Source: Azolla caroliniana (lineage: Eukaryota > Plantae > Polypodiophyta). Taken from it: 64,000 bases of DNA. The stretch is from positions 10,912,001 to 10,976,000 of the forward strand of contig JBHGNT010000015.1 in NCBI GenBank assembly GCA_043228905.1. The letters are read 5' to 3'. A program made the translations under genes and the position numbers. Every line of letters begins with the position of its first letter. The stretch's first letter is position 1. Under the pieces are notes generated by a model that was not told the DNA's origin, searched no databases, and worked only from the letters and a program-made list of their open reading frames with translations. Positions 34,011 through 49,613 of the stretch are shown in pieces.

Positions 34011-35504
34011 TGTCAAGTAAGGATGCCCACTTTCACCAACTCTTTTTGGTTTATGCACTAATAAGTTAGAACAAATTGTTAACGAGTTTGTAAAGGCATT
34101 GAAGAGCTGAGCATTGGCAATATAGTTATCATTCCTTTATAATGTGTGCTTTTATCGAATAATTTGGGAGATGTCAATAAAGTTAATGACTGTATTGTAA
34201 AACTTTTGCATGAATAATAGTGAATTAAAGTGTGAATGGCTCTAACACGAAGGTGTGAGTGGGTGTGTGAGAGATAGAGTGAGGTGTGTGCATGTGTGTG
34301 TATGGTGTAAGAGAGATAGAGTGAGGTTTGACCGGCAACATGTTCTTGCCTTTCTACTCATATGTAGAACATTCAACTTTTGTTGCATTCAACCAAATGT
34401 ATTATTCACTTTTGTAGAATACAGAAATCAATCCCAAATGCAATTGACAATTTGAACATTTCTTTTTATTATATGAAGAGACCACAATGGCTACATGTTA
34501 GAAAGCATTCTTGCTAAACAAGTTTCAACCTCTACTCATGCATACATACTCAAAGTCATCTTTATTAGACATAGTAAATAAAGTTGAGCCATCAAACAAG
34601 ATAAAGTTGTTCCAAGTTCTAATTGTTGGTTCCATGGTGTATGTTATTGAGCAAGACAACACTTATGATTGTGCCAAGGTTTATGCAAATATAAAGGACA
34701 AAGAAATAAAGAAATCTACATCAAACAAGAATACATTGTACAATTTTGTAACAAACTCAAAAGGCAACATTTGTCTTCCTCCATCCGTCAATTACTAAGG
34801 TAGTGGTCATACAACAATACAATTTATAAGAATGCATAGAACAATTTTGCATCCAACTCAAAAAAGGCAACATATGTAAATCTTCATCCGTCAACTATTA
34901 AGGTAGTGACATTACAATCCATTTATAAACAAGTTTAAGAGAAAACTACATCACTGGAGATTCTGATTCATAAGGTCATCATGCCAAACAAAACGTGATA
35001 GATAACATTTAATAAAAAGGGTTCACAGGACTTCCTTAAATTATATTGTCCAAATGGCAACATGTGAGGCTAGCCAACCTGCTCCCAAAAAGCATCCATT
35101 AAGACATTTACAGCAGAGTTTTGTTTTGTTTTTCTTCAAGCTGGTATAAAGCGAATGAGTAACGAAGTAAATATAGAAAATGGTATTACATGTATATATT
35201 TCTTTCTTTCTTTATAAAACATTACTACTTTATTCCATGGATGTAAGCTCCAGAAGCTGGTTAAAAAGACACAAGCAACATACCGGTTTTATTATCAATT
35301 CTCCCCATCTATGGGTGTACTGTATCATATGCACAAAACAGCCATATTCAAAAAACGAAGTAGAAACAACAAATTTTGGAGCAATTCATTGTTGGTATAT
35401 GCTCCAAATGTGTGTAAACAATATGCTTCTAAGGAATAATTGGTAAAGAGAAGAATGTGTGGGTTTACTATACTTCTCACGACGAGCTAGGGCAAATGAA
35501 TTAA

Positions 35505-39031
<3,527 letters not shown>

Positions 39032-39175
39032 TTATATGTATGTGTGTATATAATCGATGGGTTTTCAGGTTGGGGGACGAATTTAAAATAAAAAAGAAAA
39101 GGAGGAAGAGAAAAGAAGCAGAGCGAATCGGTTCTAATGGAATCTCAGAAATGGAGATAGAGCAGGTAAAAAAAA

Positions 39176-39213
39176 AGGGTTAAGGTTAGGATTAGGGTTA
39201 GGGTTAGGGTTAG
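39176..39213. repeat. Degenerate (TTAGGG)n telomere-like/telobox-like tract near the inferred GDH transcription start
   Basis: AGGGTTAAGGTTAGGATTAGGGTTAGGGTTAGGGTTAG. Confidence 0.8.
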
Positions 39214-39236
39214 AGAGTGAGGAAGGAGAAGTCCTC

Positions 39237-39654
39237 CTTTTATAATTAGGAGAAGGAGGAGGAGAAACAGAGCATCCGAGTGAGCACGTCTTCGCGTAGA
39301 ATATATTCTATATTCATTAAATTAAACAATTATTGATTTATTACTGCTTTTAAACGAATAAATGTGCGTGTACTTTCCATTCGTTTCGCTATTTTCACAT
39401 TTTATTTTTTTGTGTGTCTGTCTTAATTTCTGCTCAAAATTTTTGGTTTTTTCAACTTCTGTTTCTTGTTTCCTTTTTGTTGTGTGTGTTTAGGAAAGGG
39501 CGAAGGGGGGGGGGGGGGAGATCCACGTGGCGTGACATAATTGGTGGGCCCGTCCAGCTCAGCAGTGGGGAGAAAACTCGGCGCCTCGCCGCCGCCCAAG
39601 CCTTCTCCCCTGATTGCGTCATCCGCCAGCTCAGCATCCTCACGCTGACGTGTC
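39237..39654 (-). promoter_or_regulatory. Putative GDH promoter: TATAAAAG (39237-39244), G-box CACGTG (39524-39529), site II TGGGCC (39545-39550), TGACGTGTC (39646-39654)
   Basis: Motif cluster in GC-rich unique sequence upstream of the gene. Confidence 0.6.
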
Positions 39655-40720
39655 CCACAACACAACAAAAACATATGAATGCCCCTTCGCGTCTCAGCGA
39701 ATCATCAATAAATAGTTTAATGTTTAAACCTTTTAAACACCCATTCCTTCCTATTCTTATTCTTATCATCATCATTATCATTATGTAATAATGTATGTAT
39801 GTATGTATTCATTCTCATGAGATGAGTATTATTGTTCTTCTTCTTCTTATTATTACTATAATATATGAGTGTGTGCGCGTGCTTTCCTTCTTCTTATCCT
39901 TCTTCTTTTTATAGTTTGATAGTCTACTCTAGCATGTAGGAGGGTGATCAAGAGAAGGACAAAATCCTTGAAATCCATGTCTGTTAGCGGTAATCCATAT
40001 ATGCATTTCAAGTAGCATTCCTAGTCAACCCAAAATCCACGTTAACTTGTGTAAGGCATTATTTTCAACCATTGGGTTGTGGGAAGTGAATTTGTTATAA
40101 TTTTTACCCTTTGAGTCGTTACAAATTCAAAATGAAATTGTTATCATTTTATTAATTTTACTAAGCCTTCGGTTTAGGGAAAGTGATTTTGCTTATGGTT
40201 CGTTCTTGTTTAGAGTTAAAGTAAACAAAGTTTATATTTATTTTTGGTACTAGGTGGTGTCATCTTTTTAGTTAATCAATTAAATAAGTTGTCTTTTTAC
40301 TTGTGAACATCCTAGATCCATCTGCTAATTTCATCTATTTTGTGTGTGTTGTGTTGGGATAAAAGTCCCACTCCAACCAATTTTGTATTTTTAGTGTGAA
40401 CACACTTAGGGTTTAGTTAACCTAAGTATAAAAGTGTAACTGAACCTTGTAACAATGAATTTAGAGGGTAATGAAAAATAATATCTTGAGCTAAACCTAT
40501 CTCTTTGTGCAACTGTTGTTATCCTTGCTATCCTTGTTGTTTGCTTGATTCACAAAAAGATCCTAGTATTTGCTTCCCTGCAACTAGACGGCTACAACAC
40601 ATACAATGCCATCAATTGATAGATTCAGAGCGATTCAGATTTGACGGCAACAATCATACAAAGAGAAGAACAAATCGGCTGAAGGAAAGGACCAGGCCAA
40701 TATCTCACTTCCAAAGAATG

Positions 40721-41115
40721 ATGGCATCAACATCCAGCATAAGCGATGAGATCTAGAAATTTGACAGCAAGAACTTTGCCCTGTGGAAGGAGATGATGTA
40801 GGATGTACTAATCATCCAACGTGAAGTTGAAGCAATACGACACAACAACAAGACAACTTCAATGATGGTAGAAGAATGGCACTCATTAAGTGAAATAGCT
40901 TGATTGACCATTTGGATGCATCTAGACGAAAATGTCTACTTCAGTATGGCAAAAGAGACGTCGACATATGCCCTATGGGAGAAGCTTCAAGCCGTGTATG
41001 AGAAGAAATTGTCCTCATCAAAGCTCATATTGATTTGGCAACTGTTCAATATGAAGATGAAGGAATCAGAGCCGGCAACCTCCCATATCAACACCTTTAG
41101 TCAGGTGTTGGCCCA
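40721..41115 (+). pseudogene. Copia gag remnant
   Basis: KFDSKNFALWK...LWEKLQAVYEKK...LFNMKMKE. Confidence 0.75.
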
Positions 41116-41929
41116 CCAATGATGTCACACCAGTTGAAAGCAAAGGAGAACTCGATGCAAGTTCCCGTTGAAAGGGACATTCTTTCAACAGGAACTCAAT
41201 GCACTGCATCAAGTTCCCGTTGAAAAATGGGCCACTGTTTTTTGGTTTATTTCTTCAAGTTTTTTATGTAACATTCTATACAAAAAAGTATGAATTTTGC
41301 TAATTTTTACCTTAGTTTAGATGTCTATATTGTTTATTATTAAGATTATTGTTATATCCTTGTGTCATGACTTGTTGTTTTTAGTGAGCCACAACAGAAG
41401 GTGCCATCCTTCAAACTAAAAATTCCATCACCAACAAAAAGACCTTATGACACCATGATGAAAGTTGATTCTTGCAAAACATTTATCAAGTTAGGAGGTG
41501 ACGACACTTCAAAGTCTTTTGTCGGTAACACAACAAAGACTTTAGGCAAAAAGAGTGGGGAGCCTCACTTGAAGAGCTACCCCCATGTGGAGTGGACACT
41601 AATCTACACCGAGGAAGAAGGGAACCTTCTTCTTATTCGTGCAAAGTCTGAAGGTGAAGGCAAGTTGCAGGTGGGAAAGACATTCACCTACGGCTACGTA
41701 CGGAACATCGAATATGAAGACAATGACTCATCAAACCTCTTCTTCGATGTTGATAGCTTGGTGGGGGTTCGTAGAGTCAAGATTGATAACGTAATTTCAT
41801 AACTGACTCCTGCCACCCTAAAGCCCTAAAAAAGGATGTTCGGAAAAAAAGAAAACTTGATTGTTGCTTTGCGCCCATACATTAAGGGAGACTTGATGGT
41901 CACACAAGCAACAACCCCACCAAAGTTTG

Positions 41930-43155
41930 CCAAGGAGTGGTGAACCGGTTTATGAGCAATCCCAGCAAGGAGCACTGGAACGCGGTCAAATGGATACTCC
42001 AGTACTGAAGGGCACTTCGAACATGTGTCTCCGATTCGGCTCCGATAAACCTCAACTTGACGGTTTTACCGATTCAGACATGTCGGCTGATGTGGATACT
42101 AGCCGGTCTACATCCGGGTATGTAATGACATATGCAGGGGGAGCTGTTTTGTGTCAGTCGAGGCTGCAGAAGACGGTTGCGCTGTCAACCATGGAAGCGG
42201 AGTACATGGCGGCTGTGGACGCCGGTAAGGAAATATTATGGATGAAGGACTTCATCGGAGAGCTCAGTATCCGGCAAGATGAATACCGGCTCTACTGCGA
42301 CAATCAAAGTGCCATCCACCTTGCTAAGAATGCGGCCTACCATTCCCGAACAAAGCATATCTAGTGAAGGTATCATTGGATCCAGGAAAGAGTAGATGAC
42401 CAGGAGTTCGCACTAACAAAGATCCACACGGCCGAGAACGGGTCAGATATGCTGACCAAAGTACTGATACCCGACAAGCTGGATGCATGCCGGAAGCGGA
42501 TCGGACTAGTAAGACATCCCATGCCAGAGTGAAGGGGGAGTTTGTTAGGAAATAGGTCCCTCCGGATGGTGAAGACCCGGTGAGAACCAGATGAAGAGTA
42601 CCTGGCTACGGAGAGCCGGATGGTGCAGACCCGGTGAGAACCAGATGACGAGTACCCGGCAAGCGCCAGATGATGCAGGCCCGGTGAGGAGTGCTCACCG
42701 GATGAAGAGACATATTCGTAAATATGTTTCTGAGAGTCCATCGTGGCTATATTTGTAAATAGCCAAAAAGTCATATTAGTATAAATATGACTTAGGGCAA
42801 ACTGTGTCTATGATGTTGTTGTTATTGTTGGCGCAAGATTAGAGCGCGCAACTATGTACAGAGAGAGTGAGAGAGAGGAAGAGGTCGTTGCCTCTGTTGT
42901 AACCGCCGCTTGTGGCGAAGATAGAAAGCTCGAGGTCGTTGCCTCGGTGCTTTACCATTTTGTACATTCTGACATAGTGATAGTTTGCAGTTTGTGGGTT
43001 CCCGTGGTTTTACCCGTATTTGGGTTTTCCACGTAAACATCCTGTGTACTCTTCTCCTCACTGTGTCGTGCATTCATTCCCCGGTTTTTTCTGTGTATGA
43101 TTCTAAGCTTGGTTGTGGCTGAGCATTGCGCACAAGGAGCGTGTAGTTCCTGTCA
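41930..43155 (+). mobile_element. Copia 3' fragment of a C1-related family (RNase H, PPT 42532-42540, LTR 42543-43155)
   Basis: Closely similar to C1 7545-8140; LTR TGTTAGG...CTGTCA. Confidence 0.92.
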
Positions 43156-43308
43156 TATGTAACTGATTAGGTATGTGTCATAGAATATGATTCTATGACA
43201 CATAGTTAATGTGTAGAGAGTAGTGGTGTGACTCTTGACTTTTGAGTAATCATGGATTCTCAAAAGGTGTGTTCACACATTGTGCTATGTTGAGCTTGAT
43301 TCTCAACA

Positions 43309-46300
43309 TTGGTTTTAGCTCATCTTGATATCGAATAGTTGAATACCTTTGACATATTTCACAAGTTTCCTCAAATTTCATTACATCTTTATACATATGT
43401 GGCCACCAATACTTCTCTTTTAACTTCATAAATGTCGTCCATAGGCCTCTATGTCCTGCCCACAAACTATCATGGAATTCAGTAATTATTTTTCTTTTAA
43501 TATCATCCTTACCAATGACTCGAAGAGGATTTTCGGTTGGCCTTTTTGGGCGCCTCCATAGATGCCCTTCATGTAAAAACAATTTGAATGTTCTTCTTCA
43601 AAATTCATTTAGTTGTTTCTTTGACCATGATAGGTCGGCTTCTTGAGCCTTTAAAAAATTTCCTATTTCTAACCATTGAGCTTCATACTCTGTGTCTTTG
43701 AACATTATACTTACATTAAACTCATGATGAGGCTTATTAGATACTTCATGAGCAACTTGATGGCTTGTAGTTGCCCAGTTCTTATCTTCAATTTGCATTA
43801 GCTTTTCATTTATGAACCTTGCCCTTGACAGCATATCTGCGACAGGGTTCTCTTTGCCCTTTATATGCCGCAATTCTGGGTTCATGCTTCTGATGTATGC
43901 AATCCACCGAAGCATTGCAATATCTGGTGTCGTGCAACTTGCTATCATTCTGATGAGTGGCAAACAATCTGTTTCAGCCACTACATCTGCTCCAATCAAG
44001 TAATCTCTATCTGTTTTTAGTGGAGTAACCAAACCCCACAATTCTCATTTAACTTGCGCATAATTTCTTTGCCTATCATTTAATATCTTTGCTCCAAACC
44101 TGATAGCATATCGATGTTGCTCATCATCTTCTTGGTTGATAACCCAACCAATCCCGATTGGGCTAGTATCAACTGTCACTATAATTGGTCTTTCACCTTT
44201 GTAGTCTGGTTGACGAAGAACTAGAGCTTTCAATAATGCTTCTTTCAACTGTTGAACAACTTGTGTATGTTCATCAGTCCATATAAACTTCTTCCCTTTT
44301 CTTAAAAGTTGATAGAGAGGATTTGAGACATGTGCAAAGTGTGGTAACCAAATATGATAAAATACACATGCACCTAAAAATCTTCTCACCTTTGTGACTA
44401 ATTCGCAAACTTCCTTCATGTTTTGTATTGCGTTAATTTTGATCGGTGAAGGCTTCCTCCCATACCACCCACACATATGACCAACTATTAGAACTTCATC
44501 CTGCCCAAAACTTGACTTTGTTCTTGATAGTGTCAAATGTACCTGCTCAAGCTTATTTAAAATACTTTCACAATCATTAATGTGATCCATCACAGCCTTT
44601 CTGCAACCATTTCCAACCATAGTCTCATCTTTCTCTCTTTCTAAGCATCCTTTGATAGGAATATCATCTAAAAATGGCAGAGCTACCTTTGGGATGTACT
44701 CATGTAAAACCTTGTTCATTGCATTCATCATATGAGCAAGTGAATTTGTCGCACCTTGAGTTAGAGTGCACATTCAAACCAACCCAATTGGTGTTTTCCT
44801 TGTTGTGATATTGCGACTATCAATTGCTAGTTGAAATTGGTCGTATCCTGAATATAGATCTCCCATAGAGTAAATTACTCTCCCAGCAAAAGCTTCTGCA
44901 AATTCATCAACGATCGGCCCGATTCATGCATTTCGAATTGAGACTTTGTTGACTGGTTGTAGATCTTGAATGAATCTTAGAGAGCCATCTTTCTTTGGAA
45001 CGGTGAACCATCGGTTGGAGTATGGTGCATTTGAAGGCTCTAAAATCTTCATCTTGACTTTTATCCTTCAGTAGCTCCAACAATTGAGGTAATTGAGCTC
45101 TCGGTACTGCAATAGGTTAAAATTTCCAAGGAATATGAGGGATAGTAAATATTACCATTGGAATATGAGGGATAGTATGGTGCTTTGGATCTACACAACC
45201 AATCTCCTCGGCTTTGAATGCGAACACTTTCCCATGCCTAAAGGTCATGTCTTTGAAAGTAGCGATATCTGATTGTAGAAGAAATTCACCCCCTCTGATT
45301 CTTAAGTTATTTATTGTATCCGAAGTGAAGTGATGTCCAATCTTCTCTATTGGTCGAAGCATAAGCTTAGTTGATGCTGCCTTCATCTTCTCTTCGCTAC
45401 CAATAGGTAATGGTACTGCAACAGTTTTAATCTTTTTATCTATTGTTTTATATTTTGTGTTACATAAACCTTGTACTTCTTCATATTTACAATTATACTT
45501 ATCAATTTCATAATACATATCATCTGAGTTTACATGTATCTTTCTAACATTCTCATCATCTTCTTTCAAATACATTTCTAACTCTTCTAAGGTATTTGCA
45601 AAAGAAATTTCTTCCATAACACTTTCAATCTGCATTATCCTTCAATGCCTGATGAAATAGATTAGCATTCTTTTTCAAGTTCCTCTTGCATTCATACATC
45701 CTAGTCACACATATAGCACCACTTTCAGAAACATGAAATGACTTATTCATATGTTGTAATGCCCTAGATATGAGGGTCTTTTAGTAATGGGACTATTGCA
45801 ATCCTCACTCGCAACAGTCCTAGTCAAAAACCTGATTATTAAAATCATCACAGTCTTTTGGTATTGAATGATCACGAAGCTCTTCCTTGTTCCTCTCATA
45901 ATTTGGGCGAAGTATCATAAACTGTACACTTTGTCGTCCATCTTGGCTACGGATTTTCGCATAGGCAGAACCGTTGTCAAGGACTTTTGTCTCCATCCGT
46001 ACTGCTATGATGTATGGTTGCCCCAAGATTATTGGATAGGTAGATCCTTCCCGCACAAAGAAATGTTGATCTACCTCTATATCCCCAATGGTAACCTTTA
46101 CATTTGGGCATGCACCAAATAAATCTTCGATTACTGATGTGGCTGCTTTTACTCGCCAACCATGCTAAGTATCAATTGGCCATCTACCTTTCTTGTAAAA
46201 ATCAGCATTCATTATATTTATTTCAGAACCATGATCAATAAGTGCCATCACCGGGTCTTGAACATTTTCAATCTTCACACGATGCTCAGTAGTGGTTGTT

Positions 46301-49018
46301 GCCCAACATTTGCAAGAGTAGTGGCTTCTTGCATTTGTTGAACTTATCATTGAGGTTGATACATGTTGAGAGTCAACAACGATATTGTTTGACTCGTTGG
46401 TCACCACTTCATATGCTACCTTCGGATTTGTCTCTTTAACCTGCTCATTAATTTGCTTCTTTCTTCGCACAATATCAATTATTTCATCATGAAATTCCTT
46501 TTTTGCAATGCCTAACACTTCTCTTAGTGTAAATTCTACTCGACTGTCTAGTATTCTTGTTTCGAAAACTTTCTTTAAATTTGTATCTTTTTCAATATCA
46601 GACATTAGTTTGAATGAAGGACCAGATTTACCTTTTTCGACTTTTGCGTCCATCTCTTTTCTTTTGCTTTCTCTTGTCTCATGCTTTTTTGTTGAGCCAA
46701 TCTCATCATTCGGCCTTTCCCTTTTTTCTTCCACTATCACCTCTTGCTCTTGGTGTTCTGCCATTTGAGCATAGAGCATCATAGCATCTACTGGAACATC
46801 CCATCTAGTGTTTTTCCTTACAGAATCTCCGGCAACACGAAGGTCTTCCATCTTCATCTTTTGCTTTTGTGAGGTACTTACAAACTTCTCCTAGAATGAT
46901 GATAGGGATGGCATGTCATCGAGGCGCATTCCTGCCATTGCCGAGTAGTACATTGCGGAAGCCTTCTTTGCTTCAGCTTCTTCAAATTTAACCTTAACAC
47001 CACCATCACCAAAGTTCTTTGTAAGTGGACTTCTAGTTTCAATTAAATAAATGTTACCACTTTTCCAATACTCCAAGTCTTGATTTTCCATGTCTTTATA
47101 TTCTTCACAATCACGTAGACGATGTTTGAGACTATCGCACCACATGCATCGGGGTCGAAATGGTTCCCTTGACCTTAAAGTTTGACCATTCTCAAGCTTT
47201 GCCACTTTAATTGTTAGATCTTTCATACTTTGAACTAAATCATCAAGAAAAGACTCACTCTTAGTTCCGATCATTTCGTGTGGTTGATGCACCATTTGGT
47301 GTGATGGTTCTCGACCATGTCTTTGAACATCGATGTTTTGATCAAGCCGATTCATGATTCCCACATGTTGTATTTGTAGCATTACACCATTCCTTTGCAT
47401 TCTTTTCATAAATTTATTACAAGAATTTGTTACCTCATTCCAATCTGCCATTATACCATCCTTAGTATTTGGCACTTCAAGCATAAATTCCAATTCTTTT
47501 CTATATCTCTTATCAACTACCTGCAAAAATAAAGCAACCTTTTGCCAAGACAAAGAATTTCTTTCTTCCGGCTTTAAGTGTCCATACATTCTTTCAAACT
47601 CTTTTTTTGTGTCAGCCATAGATAACCCTTTATCTTCTTTTAAGATCCATTCGTGAAATGAACGCATAGTAACTCGAGAGAAATCTTCACGAGAATATTT
47701 AGACACAAGCACTTCTTTGAATGCATTCCAATCGAAACTATGTAATGCTTGTATTTCACGAATTCTATCTCTTAATTCCATTTCCACTAATTTATAAAAG
47801 TTTGCTATCATATTGACATCATTCACACCAAACATTTCTAGTTCATCATAATATATATTGACATACTTTGAGATATTTGTGCCATCAAACACACCAATCT
47901 TCTCTCGGACTTCTCGTAAGGCATGAAATAATTGATCTTGATTCAATTTTTCAATAAATAACCTTACCGGATCCATTGTACTTGTACTTGCCATGTTGAT
48001 GTTGATCTTTACTTTAGATGTCTCTTCTACTTCCCCGTTTCACGTCGGGTTCACCAGATTGTGTCGTGACATGGCTCGCCTAGAAGCGTAGCGTTGCGCA
48101 GACAAAAGATAACGTGAAAGTGAGGAAGGAATCGTTGGGATTATGGACGAAAGAGATAAAAGAGTAGAGATGGAGTGAATAGAGATCAATAAGATATGAC
48201 AAGATAGGATTTTTTAAGTAATATAAGATATGACAAGATAAGATATAAAATAATATTTGAGAAAATATATGAAATTTATAATCATTTTCATGAAAGAGTT
48301 ACAAAATGGTTGCAAGCATCGTTGAACCTTCAATTCTTGTCTCGCAAGGTAACCACCATCCTCTTTCTTAATAGTAGACCATAGTCTTCCCTTCAATCTC
48401 GCGACAAGTATAAGACTTGAACCACCGCCCTTCCGTTTTGAGTTGAGGACCACAACCACCAAGCTAGCTCTTCTTTTTTCTTAAAGATACCTTTCTCTCC
48501 CTCTTTCTCTATTATAATATATCTTTCTCTAGATCCAATATAATCCTCTCAATCTTATTTCTTGGGTCCTTTTCTCTATACTTCCTTCTCCTTTAATAGG
48601 GAAGAGATGGTTCTACATGTGGGCCATCTAGCGCACATGTAGCACGTTTGATGGTTTAAACCGTATAATACTACTTCAAATGAAAACAAGACACATATTT
48701 ATATACATTATAAGTATAGGCTAAATGGCAAGGATTATATTTCATGGTTTAGACTATAAAATACTACTTCAAATCATATATTAATTATAAAATTATTATT
48801 ATAGGCTAAATGGTAACCTTTGAGTGTCATAAGGTAGGGTTTATTAGTTCAAGTCCTCTCTTGTCCATGTAATATAATAGATATAAATTTTTTTGTCTCT
48901 ACATATAATGTATAATATTATCATAGTATGTTATTAACATTATAAAGGTTTATTTTATTTTCATTACATATTTATCTTATTGTAGAATTTTAATGTGAAG
49001 CTTTCGTACTTCACGACA
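43309..49018 (-). mobile_element. Element I: degenerate AT-rich Gypsy (LTR 48062-49018, tRNA-Trp-type PBS 48040-48056, gag-PR-RT-RH-IN start), 3'-truncated
   Basis: TGTCGTGA...TCACGACA termini; TGGTGAACCCGACGTGA; LIDHGSEIN; QGATNS; FLDDIPIKG; HDSLWAGH...CEIC. Confidence 0.88.
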
Positions 49019-49129
49019 CTGTTGGTGTTGGTGTTTCAGTTGAGGATAACACATGGTTTCTCACACCCACCACTTCTCATTCACCCCTACACTGTGCTTT
49101 CGAAAAGGCAGTCGTAAATGGTAGGATAA

Positions 49130-49561
49130 TGTCATAGACATGACAACAGTTATGTCAAGATTTGAACTATTGACCTCTTGTATTATAATCAAGTGTTATA
49201 TTGTAACCAACACATCCAAGTACATAATCGTGTGTTGAGCGAGGAAGCTCAACCGGATCCGGATCAGTTGAACAAGCCAGAGCCGAATCGGTATCCAGAT
49301 CGGAGAACCAGATCGATGTCCGGATGATATCTGGAACTAGGAGCCGGATCAGTTCGAAACCGGTAGGTCGTTAGAGGCTTACGGATCCAGCCTAGTACGT
49401 AGGCATTTTTTTGGGAGTCAGTGATAGTCGCTTATGTGAGCATTGAAGTACCTGTCAGTACTTGTGTTAGCCCTTTATGGACTTGTATAAAAGTGCTCTT
49501 TGAGCACATTCTATGTACAAAATATTGAGAGTATTATTTTGAATAGAGTTTTTATGTTCTG

Positions 49562-49613
<52 letters not shown>

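Noticed and set aside
34754-34928. Degenerate ~100-bp tandem duplication downstream of GDH
   Set aside because: Ordinary local duplication with no evidence of function.
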